A stretch of DNA of 64,000 nt, taken from Eledone cirrhosa (Eukaryota). The notes beneath the pieces are model-generated. The model did not search any database. It had not been told where the DNA came from and saw only the letters and a list, made by a program, of their open reading frames with translations. Positions 1 through 13,935 of the stretch are shown in pieces. The stretch covers positions 11,284,001 through 11,348,000 of the forward strand of contig OZ024763.1 of NCBI GenBank assembly GCA_964016885.1, in the 5' to 3' direction. Position 1 is the first letter of the stretch. Each line of letters starts with the position of its first letter. Both the position numbers and the translations under genes were made by a program.

Positions 1-214
1 GGTGGGTGTGTAGGATATGCGTCACGTGACACAGACACGAAGAAATACATGACGCCCCTCTGTGACGTGTTGCATGTAGATGATGACGTCACACGGAGCG
101 ACACACAGACAGGCAGACATTTAAAATTCCATTAAATATATTAAATTTGTGTTGTGTTCGACGACAGCTAGTCTCGGATTTAATTCTAACTGAAAGCTGA
201 GCAATTGAGAGGAA

Positions 215-587
215 GCGGGGGTTGACCTCCGTCGGTTTCGACGACGAGTGTTCCGGTTGTTCCAACAGTAGAACATTTCAGTCTGCTTGTGAAATTAACT
301 TAGTTCTCAGGGAGATTCAGCGTGGCACACTGTATTGTGACCATGTTGGCACTTTGAACTACACGTACAGTTTAAGTGGCTGAGCATTCTACAGACACGT
401 GTACTCTTAATGTGATTGTCAGGGAGATTTTCAGCAGTGTTTTGAATCACAAGCACAATTTCCAAGGTGACTGAACTAGAGAAACGAGAAAAAAGTGTCT
501 TGCTCAAGGAAACAACGTGCATACGGGAATCGAACACACGACGTTACGATCCTGAGTTGAATGCCTTAACCACCGAGCCACGTGTCT
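215..587 (-). mobile_element. tRNA-derived SINE, degenerate (CORE-like central motif)
   Basis: Minus strand has an A-box-like GTGGCTCGGTGGTTAA and B-box GTTCGATTCCC near 525-582; AAGTGTCTTGCTCAAGGAAACAAC is shared with the SINE at 61000-61318. Confidence 0.7.
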
Positions 588-599
588 TCATACTTGAAC

Positions 600-1716
600 T
601 AATACACAGTCAAGAAGAGAGAAAGGAGCTGATCACCAGATCAGACCAAGAAAACAATGTTTCTATTGGTCTTTCTATTGCTGATACTGTCTGTCAGTAC
701 CGCAGCGAATCCATGGATGAAAAACTGCATGTTTATCAGCAAAAAATCATGTATGGATATGTTGCCAGGAAGTTCCAGAGTTAGAGTAATATAGATAAGG
801 AAAGTAGTCTATCTTGGACCAACAACCACTATATAGGCTCTGACATCGAAGGATATGCTTTTGCAATCCAAGAACAGAAAATCAATACAAAATACGATTC
901 GCAAAAAAGATAGCGATGCAGGCAAAACACTTAGATGTGATAACAAGTTCAGACTTTGCAGAATTAACATCGAAGCAGCTGTCCAAAGATGTCATCACAG
1001 TACTATCTACCTATGAGGCATGATGTAGTGGGCAAAACACTGTACAATGATATCCGTAGAAAAGATAACCCCGATAATAAACACATTAAAAGCTACAGCA
1101 ATGTGGAAGACATACATATACATAATATGAAAGAGAACTGGTGGAATGTTCCAGTAAAAACCCCAATAAAATGCAGCCATAACAGACCAGATATAATGAT
1201 ATGGGACAGGGAGAAGAAAACATGCACAGTAGTGGAAATTAGCTGCCCAGCAGATGCCAATATAATATCAAAGATTAGTGAAAAGGAGAATATTTTTATG
1301 CCGAACTGATGAGAAATCTGCAGATACTGCACCCTGATAGACCTTCAGATGTATGCCTGTGATTATTGGGGCACTGGGGTATGTTAGTAACTGCCTCAAT
1401 ACAAATCTTGAGAAGCTGGGCTTCACAGGAACAGAAAGAACACAACTAGTTAGGAAATTACAAGTACAATCCATTAATGGAACAGCAAAAATATGTAAAA
1501 CATGCCAAAAATTCTGCATCTAATAACTGCATATACACATGTACAGATAGACATACACATCCACACATACAATAACATCCATATCTACACATGCAGACAT
1601 ACATACATATCTACCTAGTTGATGTGTAAATTCTAATGAGAGAGTCTTGTGTCTATGTTAGAAACCGACTCTCTCTCTATTGGTAAACATTTGTGAAATT
1701 ATAAAACCAGAAGAAC
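600..1716 (+). mobile_element. Degenerate 3' part of a non-LTR retrotransposon with restriction-like endonuclease (R4/Dong/CRE-like)
   Basis: ORF 989-1309 has RHD...WWN...NRPDIMIWD...VVEISCP (RHD and PD-(D/E)xK-like motifs); stops and frameshifts on both sides; ends in (ATAC)n. Confidence 0.8.
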
Positions 1717-2080
1717 ATACATACATACATACATATATACACATACATACATACATATATAAATACATACATACACACATACACACATACATATACATAC
1801 ATACACACACGTATGCACATATACACACACATACACACATACTCAGTCATACATATACACATATATACATAAACACATACACATATACACTTACGCACAC
1901 ACATACAGACATAACCACACACATACATATACACAGTTGCACGCAAACACACATACACACACGCACACACACACACATTCCCACATGTATATAGAATAAT
2001 CGATATATATAGGAACACATACATCGATATGAAGTGTATAAATAGATAGATAGATAATACATACATCAGTAAAGACATAG

Positions 2081-2115
<35 letters not shown>

Positions 2116-2185
2116 TATACATATATATATATATATAAACCATTCAGTACATATATTATATACATATATATATATATATATATAA

Positions 2186-2230
<45 letters not shown>

Positions 2231-4035
2231 GAGAGAGAGAGTGAGAGGGGCATCCATCTATAGATTGATCGATGGATAGATACATGCATATATATGAAGA
2301 TAGATGCGTACATCTATAGACAGATCGATAGATCAATTTAAAGTAAATCAATAAGTGTTGGATTATTATTCAATTGTTATCATAAATTTGGCAAAATATA
2401 CAATTGCTTCCTCAAATGTTGCCTACTTTAGGCTGTGTATGTGTGTATATATGTGTGTATATATGTGTATATATGTGTGTATATGTGTGTGTATATATGT
2501 GTGTATATATGTGTGTATATATGTGTGTATATGTGTGTATATGTGTATATATGTGTGTATATATGTGTGTATATATGTGTGTATATATGTGTATATATGT
2601 GTGTATATGTGTGTATATATGTGTATATATGTGTATATATATGTGTGCATATATGTGTGTGTGTGTGTGTGTGCGACCGATAGATAGTATTAGTAATTGG
2701 AAAGACCAACGGAAACATTGTTTCCTCGGTCCGATTTGACGAAAGTCGATCGACTCTACATATATGTGTGTATATATGTGTATATATGTGTGTATATGTG
2801 TATATATGTGTGTATATATGTTTATATATGTGTGTATATGTGTGTATATGTGTATATATTGTGTATATATGTGTGTATATATGTGTATATATGTGTGTAT
2901 ATGTGTATATATTGTGCATATGTGTGTATATATGTGTGTATATATGTGTGTATATGTGTGTATATGTGTATATATTGTGTATATATGTGTGTATATATGT
3001 GTGTATATGTGTGTATATGTGTATATATTGTGTATATATGTGTGTATATGTGTATATATGTGTGTATATGTGTGTATATGTGTATATATTGTGTATATAT
3101 GTGTGTATATGTGTATATATGTGTGTATATGTGTGTATATTGTGTATATATGTGTGCATACATGTGTATATATGTGTATATGTGTGTATATGTGTATATA
3201 TTGTGTATATATGTGTGTGTATATGTGTATATATGTGTGTATATGTGTGTATATGTGTATATATTGTGTATATATGTGTGTATATATGTGTGTATATATG
3301 TGTGTATATGTGTGTATATGTGTATATATTGTGTATATATATGTGTATATATTGTGTATATATGTGTGTATATATGTGTATATATGTGTGTATATGTGTG
3401 TATATGTGTATATATTGTGTATATATGTGTGTATATATGTGTATATATGTGTGTATATGTGTATATATGTGTGTGTATATATGTGTGTATATGTGTATAT
3501 ATTGTGTATATGTGTGTATATGTGTGTATATATGTGTATATATGTGTATATATGTGTGTATATGTGTATATATGTGTGTATATATGTGTGTATATATGTG
3601 TATATATGTGTATATATGTGTGTATATGTGTGTATATGTGTATATATTGTGTATATATGTGTGTATATATGTGTATATATGTGTGTATATGTGTATATAT
3701 TGTGTATATATGTGTGTGTATATGCATATATATGTGTATATATGTGTATATATGTGCATAAATTGTGTATATATGTGTGTATATATGTATATGTGTGTAT
3801 ATATGTGTATATATATGTGTATATATGTGCATATATTATGTATATATGTGTATATATGTGCATATATTGTGTATATATGTGTGTGTATTTGTGTGTATTT
3901 GTGTGTGTATATATGTGTGGGGGGGGGGCGTTTGTGTGTGTGTGTGTGTGTGTGTGGATGTTTGTGTGTGTCTGTATGTATAGGTGTTTGTATGTATGTG
4001 TGTATAAACATAAATTTAATGTTGCCTACTTTCGG

Positions 4036-4066
<31 letters not shown>

Positions 4067-4094
4067 ACATTTTATTCTTTTACATGTTCCAACC

Positions 4095-4130
<36 letters not shown>

Positions 4131-4323
4131 GAGCGAGGGAGAGCGAGAGAGAAAGATACATGTGAGTGTGTGTATGTCTGTGTGTGTGTGTGTGTGTGTG
4201 TCTGAGTGTGTGTGTCTCAGTGTCTGTGGTGTGTGTCTGAGTGTGTGTGTGTGTCTGTCTGAGTGTGTCTGAGTGTGTGTGTGTGTGTGTGTGAGTGTGT
4301 GTGCGTGCGTGTGTGTGTGTGTG
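1717..4323. repeat. Compound microsatellite region: (CA/TA)n, (GA)n and a long degenerate (TATGTG)n tract
   Basis: Directly visible; source of the spurious H/I/Y/T and C/V/Y/M ORFs. Confidence 0.95.
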
Positions 4324-4364
4324 TGGAATAAAACAGTTCTAGTCACGTAGAAGCCATTTCTATA

Positions 4365-4541
4365 TCTACTTTAGGCACAAGACCAGCAATTACCCAGTGC
4401 ATTACTGGTACTTTATTTTATCGACCCCGTAAGGATGAAAGGCAAAGTCAACCTCGGCGGGATTTGAACTCAGATCGTAAAGGGAGGTAACTATGCTGTA
4501 CAGCATGGCGTCCGACTCTCTACCGATACTGCCAATCCACC
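4365..4541 (-). mobile_element. tRNA-derived SINE, family A (~185 bp, ATT tail)
   Basis: Reverse complement of GGTGGATTGGCAGTATCGG...GAGTTCAAATCCCGCCGAGG...GTAGAAACAATT; more than 10 copies in the window. Confidence 0.9.
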
Positions 4542-4778
4542 GAATTGCCGAGTATCTGTATTTGAAGATTTTGTTCAATTTTAATATGTTTCCTCTGTAA
4601 CTCTTTACAAATTATACCCTGTCAATGTTTGATGTGTTTATTTTATATATATGTCAATCAACCTCTAATTTTCAATAAATGCTCGGATTTATTCCTTGGA
4701 ATCTTTCTTTGAGCTTCTACAGGTGATACGGCTCATGTTTGTGATTTGTTTAGGCATGACATCTATAATTTTGTTAGT

Positions 4779-4897
<119 letters not shown>

Positions 4898-4930
4898 GAT
4901 GTGTCTGTATTCATATATATATATATACAT

Positions 4931-5311
4931 ATGGTGGCTGCCAACTCGTTTTCGAGTACGGCCACTACTTTATATCCATGTAGGAGAGCCCCTACCGAGT
5001 GTGACTTTTTAGTCCAGCCAGCGACTTGAAAACTCTGGTACAAACACTACACTTGTGACAATTATTGACACATAGTGCTGGGCCCATGGTACCATGTGAT
5101 GACAAGTGCAGAGAGATCTCCAGATATAAAGCAATGCTTGTGCCGTGAAGCTTTTATAGTGAGCAAAGGCACTGCACAAAGCCAGTCCCACTCTCTTAAC
5201 CAAGATGATATTTACCAAAAAGAAGAACAAGTCAACATCATTGGATACCATCAGGGTTGCAGGTGTTATATCAGAGTTTTCCTTCTCCTAGAATTCTGCC
5301 TTGACAAAGGT
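4931..5311. repeat. Dispersed ~385-bp repeat, copy 1 (probable retroelement fragment)
   Basis: Highly similar to 10372-10760. Confidence 0.8.
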
Positions 5312-5499
5312 ACGAAGCTATGAACAAAAGTATGTTAATATAAGGGTGTGTATGTGTGTATACAGAGCAGTGAAGGGAAAAGTGGAGTGAGCATATTTAG
5401 TCTGTCTGTATTAGTTGTAAGAGAAGATGTTAATGATCAAGAGAGAGCGATAGGAATCCAGGGGTGAATGTACAAGCGCATGTAATAATGGACAGGGTA

Positions 5500-5725
5500 T
5501 TAAAGAAATTGGGGAGGTGAGTTGAGTCCAAGAGGGGAATAGGACCCAAGGCGGTGAATCAGACTTTGTTCAGTCCTGGTGCGCGAAGCCTGTGATCCAT
5601 GATGTAAAAGGACACCCAGGACTGAAACATGTAGGGAAGAATGACCAGGAGAACAGAAATGACGGGTGACAGGAGTATCCAAACCGAGTCGTATGTCCCT
5701 CAAATGCTCAGCAAAACGATTTCAT
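5500..5725 (-). mobile_element. Penelope-like element fragment, C-terminus of GIY-YIG endonuclease
   Basis: Translation [26 protein letters not shown]...RTEQSLIHRLGSYSPLGLN matches the R..EH, HF...H, E...I and P.GLN motifs of PLE endonucleases. Confidence 0.8.
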
Positions 5726-5729
5726 CTTT

Positions 5730-5810
<81 letters not shown>

Positions 5811-5909
5811 ATGTATGTATGTATATGTATATGTATGTATGTATATATATATGTATATATATGTATATATATATGTATATATATGTATATATATATATGT
5901 ATATATATG

Positions 5910-5943
<34 letters not shown>

Positions 5944-5944
5944 T

Positions 5945-6229
5945 ACTAGCAGAATGGCCCGGCGTTGCTCGGGATTCTAAACATAGATTGGCATGTTTAT
6001 CCCTCCTTTCTAAAATAGTTTCGTCGTATGTTCACCAATTGATGCAGAAGTCCTGATAAAAAGTCTCCTTGTGTGAACAGGCAAATCATTTTCCATTAAG
6101 ATTTTTCAAAAGCATGTAATTGCGTTCCCTCTCTTTTTTGTTGTTTTTGCTGCTGTCGAGCCTGGTGAAATAAATACGTTTGTTTATATGTTGTTATTGT
6201 ATATGCAAAAATATATGTACACGAATATA

Positions 6230-6282
<53 letters not shown>

Positions 6283-6448
6283 CAGATTAAAATTTAAGCA
6301 AAGAATCGCTGCTTTCACCCTTAACGGGATCTTCTGAAACTAAAAAAATCAATCTGTGAACACAGAAACAAATATTTCGAAAAACGTTACACACTATATA
6401 TATATACACACACACACTATATATATATACATATATATACACACAGAC

Positions 6449-6482
<34 letters not shown>

Positions 6483-6720
6483 GATAGTACCATGATGTCG
6501 TAATGCAGACAGCCAGACATACAGACAGATATTATAAGGGCGCGACGTTATAGCTGCCTAATGCTGTCCCTAGGGCATTGAAAATTTGAAATATTCTTTG
6601 CTCAAAACACTCACAGGACCATAAGTATTACATGTGTAAAGTTTGAAAAAGATCGGTTGGGTGGTTCTCGAGTTTTAGGGAGTCAGACAGACAGACATTC
6701 TCTGTTTTAGATATATAGAT
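5945..6720 (+). mobile_element. Non-autonomous Helitron/Helentron-like element with internal microsatellites
   Basis: Starts ACTAGCAGAATGGCCCGGCGTTGCTCGGG (subterminal hairpin) and ends (CAGA)n...TTTTAGATATATAGAT; related termini at 15644-15818. Confidence 0.6.
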
Positions 6721-6913
6721 TTACATCTATCTCTAACTAAACACAGACAAGTGTCTACAGTAAACTCAATCTGTGCACTCTGGTCAGTTGATTGCAGTTT
6801 CATTACTGCAATTCACCAGATTCATTGAGTGAGCTAGACGCTGGGCGGGGGATGCTGTACTTATACCAGCGATCTTCGTTACGTTTATTATATATATATA
6901 TAAGCAAAAGGGA

Positions 6914-6974
6914 TATTTTATCTGATGAAAGCGTACCAAAGTTTTGGTACCCTTCAAATATATATAATAGAATA
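6914..6974 (+). ncRNA. Degenerate minimal type-I hammerhead motif (GAAA mutated to CAAA)
   Basis: TATTTTAT-CTGATGA-AAG..GTACCAAA/TTTGGTAC..CTT-CAAA-TATATA-TA-ATAGAATA; paralog of 17910-17974. Confidence 0.45.
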
Positions 6975-7315
6975 AATATGGTTTAATATAAATAAATGAA
7001 CATAAACACACACAGACACCCGGATGTGGCGCATGCGCAGACTGAGCACACAACACACACACAGAAACAAAATGGCGTAGGACAGAACAAAGGAGAGGCA
7101 CAAAAACAAAGAAAGGAATCCCCAGTCACTGAAGAGGTCACAGAGTGTGTGACGAAAGAACTATGACAATATATAAACAACTATCTGGTTGTGGAACCAA
7201 CCAACCAACCAGAAATTTATAAATTTATAAATTTATTATAAATTTATTATAATAAATTGAAGTGAAAGCAACTGGTGCGTGTGTTTCTTATTGGCAACAT
7301 GACCCTCCCAAAGTA

Positions 7316-7347
<32 letters not shown>

Positions 7348-7351
<4 letters not shown>

Positions 7352-7454
7352 AAGGCTTCTACAAGACTAGAACTGTTTCATTCAGTAGAAATCCTCAGGT
7401 TTCCTGATGATTTCTACCGAATGAAAGAGTGTTGGTCCTGTAGAAGCCTTTAAA
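7348..7454. repeat. Imperfect palindrome containing a hammerhead-like CTGATGA...GAAA...GTC motif (PLE terminal remnant)
   Basis: Arms TTTAAAGGCTTCTACA.../...TGTAGAAGCCTTTAAA; follows a (TA)n tract. Confidence 0.65.
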
Positions 7455-8044
7455 CATTTATACTCTGCTATGTATTGAGTACCTTACTTACTGTGGTTAC
7501 CCCCGATTGAACCCGGGATAAACTTATATATATATAATTAAGGGTGGGTTTAGGATGGGGTCGGGAAAAAGGCCACAGGTGTATAAGGTCCTCAATACGT
7601 TGGTAGAGTATAGGCATCTGTTTTTTATACTGAAATGACTTATGATTTCATAGAATGAAACAGTTCTGATCCCGTAGAAGTCATTTCGATAATGTGTGAG
7701 TGTGTGCGTGCGTATGTTTGTGTGTGTGTGTGTATGTGTGTGTGTGTGAATGTGTGCATATGTGTGTGTGTGTGTGTGTGTGTATGTGTGTGTGCATGTG
7801 TGTGTATGCGCGTGTGTGTGTGTTTGTATGAGTGTGTGCATGTGTGTGTATGTTCAGAAAACCCCGCTCAGCTTTTAAGTTGTGAAATTATACGCATAGG
7901 ACAATCCAAAATGGCGCCTAGCAGCCATCTGGTGTAACTCCCGCTCCACTCTCTTTCCACTTTCTCTTCTTTCCTCTCTCTCTATATATATGTGTGTCTA
8001 TGTTATATATAATATACATTCACTCACACATTTATATATACACG

Positions 8045-8115
<71 letters not shown>

Positions 8116-8199
8116 GATGTAGATATAAATATAGATATATATTTACATATATTCATATATATGTAAGTATATATATGTATATATATATATTATATACAT

Positions 8200-8261
<62 letters not shown>

Positions 8262-8704
8262 ACTATATGCACTGTAGTTGAATATATATTGGTATTTCAT
8301 TTGATATATATATATATGTTTATGCAAATATATATATGTATATGTAAATGTATGTATATATATATATATATATATGTACATACATACATATATACATATA
8401 TATATACATATATTTACATATATTTACATATATATTGCGCCAAGAGAATTAAGTAGAAAAACAAACAAGAAATATAATGAAATAAACTAAACCAAATACT
8501 CAAGAGGCCATTTAGATTTTTAGTATTTCAAGAGATATCGATCTAAATGTATCGATTATATATGATATTCTTGTAAAATGACTGTCGTCTGCTTATTTCA
8601 CTGCAAATAACTTACTACAGTCTTTCTAACTATCTTATTCTTGTTTAAACCTTTTGTGCTACCCTCCCCCCCCCCCCCCCCACACACACACACACATATG
8701 TATT

Positions 8705-9076
8705 ATAAATAAGAGAAACGGTTTTATTCGTACATAAATTATTTCATTCGTTATACGTATTTCGAAGATGTAAGGTAGTTATATAATTGTTTCTACTTTT
8801 GACACAAGGCCAGCAATTACCCAGTGCATTACTGGTACTTTATTTTATCGACCCCATAAGGTAGTTATATAATATTTTATAGGTAGTTATATAATATTTT
8901 ATCGACCCCGTAAGGTAGTTATATAATAAACCCCTGACACGTTCTCTTCAGACAAACATACAAACCTTTGTATGTTTGTCTGAAGAGAACGCGTAAGGGG
9001 TTATTATATACATCTTCGAAATACGTGTAACGAATGAAATAATTTATGTACGAATAAAACCGTTTCTCTTATTTAT
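8705..9076. repeat. Long palindrome (PLE inverted-terminus remnant); left arm interrupted by a SINE-A fragment
   Basis: Centre CAAACCTTTG at 8961-8970; arms ATAAATAAGAGAAACGG / CCGTTTCTCTTATTTAT; insert at about 8773-8920. Confidence 0.85.
8975..9034 (+). ncRNA. Minimal type-I hammerhead ribozyme motif
   Basis: Stem I TTTGT/ACGAA, core CTGAAGA (8980-8986), stem II closed by GAA/TTC, GAAA (9018-9021), short stem III with palindromic ACGT loop, predicted cleavage after GTA (9029). Confidence 0.6.
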
Positions 9077-9175
9077 TTTAATAAAACTCCGAATGAACAA
9101 AAACCATGGAATGCTTCACGTCTGTTAAAGAATAAGTCGGTAGATTTTTTAGCAACCAACTTTCTTCAATTGAAT

Positions 9176-9545
<370 letters not shown>

Positions 9546-9659
9546 CGCTAAGGTGGAGTTTCCACCGATCGTACTGCTCGTCTCCAAACGCTCCCTCTCG
9601 GTCTTCACTTAACCCAAGATTGCAGTTCCGACAAGGAGATGAACTGGGAGAATGTGCCT

Positions 9660-10050
9660 AGCGAACGGCGACCACACATGTGCACCATCTAGGAAAGGTT
9701 GGAGATGTCATAACCCTAGCGCATGTTTGCGCATCATCCTCCATGTAACAGATGTTGACAGCAGATGGACCACGTGACCAATGGACCCTGGCCCCTCCAC
9801 AAAAAACGAAAGAGTAGATGCTGCAGTGCAGTCAGACGTGGGCTAGGACAAGGCACGACGGCAGCGAGGCGGTAGTAGATGACTGACCCGATGTCAGTGG
9901 TGAAAGGCCTTGCACTCGACCAATCCCCCTCTCTGAGCACCCATAACACTACCCGAAAAGGAGAACTGGTCAACTTTATCGGATGCTTCCGAAGCCGCAG
10001 GTTTTCTTTCAGGGTTTCCCCTCTCCTAGAAAGGTGTTGTGACAACAACT
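9660..10050 (-). mobile_element. Degenerate L1/Tx1-like LINE ORF2 fragment (post-RT region)
   Basis: SVIYYRLAAVVPCP...LFRFLWRG...V..SICCQ...GG resembles the Tx1/L1 FLW..GGLG motif. Confidence 0.6.
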
Positions 10051-10371
10051 GGGGGCCTTTCACTCCCAGGTGAAAAAAAAGGTACTATTTCGATGGCCGT
10101 TGACTCTGCTGAGTTCCTCCGCCCTCTGCCGGGTCTTGTGCATCCCGCAGGGTGTCCAAATATCACCCTCCTCACCAAGCTTGCTTGACGACCCGACCAT
10201 GAGATAGGTTGTCCTGGGTTACATGTTACCAGCAGCACTCGAGAGTCACCTTGATCATTCATACATACATACATACACACATACATACATACATACATAC
10301 ATACATACATACATACATACATACATACATACATACATACATACATACATACATACATACATACATACATG

Positions 10372-10760
10372 GTGGTGGCTGCCAACTCGTTTTCGAGTAC
10401 TGCCACTACTTTATATCCATGTAGGAGAACCCCTACTGATGCGCTGAACAAGTGTGACTTTTTAGTCCAGCCAGCGACTTGAAAACTCTGGTACAAACAC
10501 TACACCTGTGACAATTATTGACACATAGTGCTGGGCCCATGGTACCATGTGATGACAAGTGCAGAGAGATCTCCAGATATAAAGCAATGCCTGTGCCGTG
10601 AAGCTTTTATAGTGAGCAAAGACACTGCACAAAGCCAGTCCCACTCTCTTAACCAAGATGATATTTACCAAAAAGAAGAACAAGTCAACATCATTTGATA
10701 CCATCAGAGTTGCAGGTGTTATATCAGAGTTTTCCTTCTCCTAGAATTCTGCCTTGACAA
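10372..10760. repeat. Dispersed ~385-bp repeat, copy 2
   Basis: Highly similar to 4931-5311; both copies directly follow a microsatellite. Confidence 0.8.
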
Positions 10761-11326
10761 ACGCTAAGGGGTCATCTCTCCCGGTGATTTTGGATGGCCA
10801 TTGACTCTTAAGCGCTCCTTTGCCCTTTGACAGGTTTTGTTTTTAGTACTGCAGGATGTCCAAAGTCACCCTCCTCACCAAGAAACCTTGCCAGTTTAGT
10901 CGCCAACGACCCGACCATGAGACAGGTTGTACTGGGATACATGTTACCAGTAGCAGCAACTGGTGACCTGACATACATACATACATACATACATACATAC
11001 ATACATACATACATACATACATACATACATACATACTTATATACATACATACATGCGTGTATAGACGTGGGTGTCAGTACACATGTGGTTTGGCTACATG
11101 TACGAATAGGAGTAGTTGGTGGCTACATGTACCTAGTAAAACAAACATGTACATATAAGTAACCTAATAAAATAAACGCTGATAAACCTTAGATATTTTT
11201 AGCCATTACATGCTTCCATAGACTTCATAACATTAACGCTCAAAAAACTATATACTGAGGTTAAATTTGATTATAACTTCAGTAAATATTAATATATTTG
11301 CACTAATGACCGGCATAGAGTATATA

Positions 11327-11514
11327 GGTGGATTGGCAGTATCGGTAGAGGGTCGAACGCCATGCTTTGACGCATAGAGTTACGGCCCTTGCCATTCTGC
11401 ATTCAAATTCCGCCGGGGTTTACTTTGCCTTTCATCCTTACGGGGTCGATAAAATAAAGTACCAGTAATGCACTGGGTAATTGCTGGCCTTGTGCCAAAA
11501 GTAGAAACAATTAT
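11327..11514 (+). mobile_element. SINE family A
   Basis: Full-length match to the other copies. Confidence 0.9.
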
Positions 11515-11519
11515 ATCAA

Positions 11520-13450
11520 TATAAGAATAGGAGCGTGGGTAATACCAGGTAGGACAACTATTAAGAGATGTTTCGGTTTGGGAGAGACGACTTGACAGAT
11601 GTCATACATAGTGTTATTTCAGATATCTGGATGGCTGTAGGAGTCCCAAATGAAAGGAGAGATGCTATTATGATTCCTCTATACAAAAGCAAAGGTGCCC
11701 ATGAACTTTGTGGAAACTACAGAGGCATAGCTCTTCTGTGCACAACCGGAAAGATCTTGTCTTGTGTAATCCTGTCAATCTGAACTCCCATATCTCTGTC
11801 AGGGTTCTCCCAGAATCCCAATGAGGCTTTAGAGCAAACAGAGGAACTACAGACAAGATATTTATAGCGCTCCAAATCCAATAAAAGTGCGCAGAACCGG
11901 TACAGTCCTTATATCAGGTCTTTGTCGACCTCTCAAAGGCCTTTGATACGGTCAACAGAAAAGCACTTTGGGTTGTTCTTGAAAGTCTGGGTTCTCCCCA
12001 ACACTTCGTCAACTTGGTAAAACCTCTCCATAATAGAATGGAAGCTTCTGTCAATGCTGGAAGCATTATGTCTGAACCAATAAAAGTAGAGAACGTGTTA
12101 AACAGGGAGACATGGTTACACCAACTTTGTTTACCATCTCCTTCTCTCTGTTTCTTAGTAATGCCTTCAAAAGCTGTAACCAAGGTATGTATGTACGATA
12201 TTTCTGTACAGACCAGCTTTTCAATATACGCTACTTTGTTGCTAAATCGAACGTCCTTCTAACTCTTGACCACGATCTCCTCTACACCCATGATTGTGAC
12301 CTGGTCTCACACACTGCCACTGATACAGGTTGTTACACTCATGTAAAGCATTTGATCGAATAATTAGTTTGGACAAAAACAGTTGCCATGGAACCTTCCA
12401 GCTACGTTGACGAGAAGAGGCTGAAGGTTGTTGACAATTTAGCGAAGGAAAATGGCAGTCTGGGGATCACCGGGTGCCTTAAGGGCGACTGGCATGATAT
12501 AGAAGCCGTCAATGACTGGTGCTTAGTCAATTATCTCCCTTGTATTCCTTTAACAAACATAAATAAAATCAAGAGTTACGTCCCTTAAATGTTTGAAACT
12601 AATTTAAGAGTCAATTGCAAATTAATTGAGTATGAATTTTGTGCTGCGATGTCTGTACAGGTTTCGAACGACACAGTCATCTGACCCACACAGGAGGGTC
12701 TAGCGCTGAGGTTCTCAAACTTTTGGAGCCAAAGGCCCCTGACAGCTTCGTAATACCCCCAGCGTTCCCAACTCTATTCCCAGAGAGACCTGCCTACACG
12801 CAAATTGTAAATAATATATAATAAATAAAATCATTAATTTATATATAAGAAATAATATAATATATACTACGTATAAATAAATATTATATATTTTTTATTT
12901 TACTATATTTATATATAATATGTATCATTTGATATTTAATATATTATTATATCATCTCTACCTGCCACAACCCTCTTAGGCCTCAGTGCCCTGTGAGCCT
13001 TCTCAATGCCCCCCGGGTGGGTGGGGTGTGGTTGTTGGTGTGTGTGTGTGGGGGGGGGGGGGGCACTCGCTTTGAGAACCTCTGGTCTAGCCATTGTCTG
13101 TCTGAAACACTCAGGCTGATATCAGAGGTATCCAATCTCCCACAAAAGATGACCATCTCCAATGGTTTGAGATCTTTCTCGGGCAGCAACAGTAGTAGAA
13201 TGGGTGGCCTACAACTGAATCATCATAAACATCTAATGTCACCATACTCAGTTGAGGTCAGAATATGTCTAGTTATGTGTGCACCCTCATAGGAGTGGCC
13301 CAGTACCTCGGCCTCCATGTGTATGAGCCCAAAGAATACCGTTGTAGAGCCATGATCAATTAGTTCAGACTACAAGAGCTATCTTGTGGCGGCAGTGCTG
13401 GTCAGATGCTTCTACATGCCGCCATGAATGACTTCACAAGAAGAAACCTT
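11520..13450 (+). mobile_element. Old degenerate RTE-clade LINE, interrupted by other insertions
   Basis: IPLYKSKG...CGNYRGIALL..TGKIL, FVDLSKAFDTVNR, LLYTHDCDL (decayed YADD); 13370-13440 (QELSCGGSAGQMLLHAAMNDF) resembles an RTE C-terminus; many stops. Confidence 0.75.
12706..13084. mobile_element. hAT (Charlie-like) MITE
   Basis: TIRs CTGAGGTTCTCAAA / TTTGAGAACCTCTG; 8-bp TSD GTCTAGCG / GTCTAGCC. Confidence 0.85.
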
Positions 13451-13750
13451 TCCCATCACAACTGGAACAGGCCAGTTTCGACCGTGGTGGGGGTCCCATC
13501 ACAACTGGAACACGCAAGTCTCAACCGTGGTGGGGGTCCCATCACAACTGGAACAGGCCAGTCTCGATCGTGGTGGGGGTCCCATCACAACTGGAACACG
13601 CCAGTCTCGACTGTGGTGGGGGTCCCATCACAACTGGAACACGCCAGTCTCGACCATGGTGGGGGTCCCATCACAACTGGAACACGCCAGTCTCGACCAT
13701 GGTGGGGGTCCCATCACAACTGGAACACGCCAGTCTCGACCGTGGTGGAG
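13451..13750. repeat. 43-bp minisatellite, 7 copies
   Basis: Unit TCCCATCACAACTGGAACACGCCAGTCTCGACCGTGGTGGGGG. Confidence 0.95.
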
Positions 13751-13935
13751 GTAAGTGCTCAAATTGTATAACATTTTTCCCGTTCAAGGGAGGGCAAAGC
13801 CCTAATTTGGGACATCTTGAGGAGGCAGCCCCTCGACGAGGAATGGCTGATGCAGCAGGTGTCGCCGCCTGTTGTTCACGGCAATGCCTTCACCATTTTC
13901 TTCGCGGAGCGCAGCTGAGATATACAACCGAGATA

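Noticed and set aside
1658-4346. Long ORFs of up to 527 aa rich in H/I/Y/T or C/V/Y/M (similar ones at 9078, 21920, 24151, 45818, 53456)
   Set aside because: Translations of dinucleotide-type microsatellites that cannot encode stops; no splice or domain evidence
11327-11420. tRNA genes suggested by A and B boxes (also ~520-587 and ~61250-61318)
   Set aside because: They are heads of multi-copy SINEs followed by shared bodies and tails; no convincing cloverleaf
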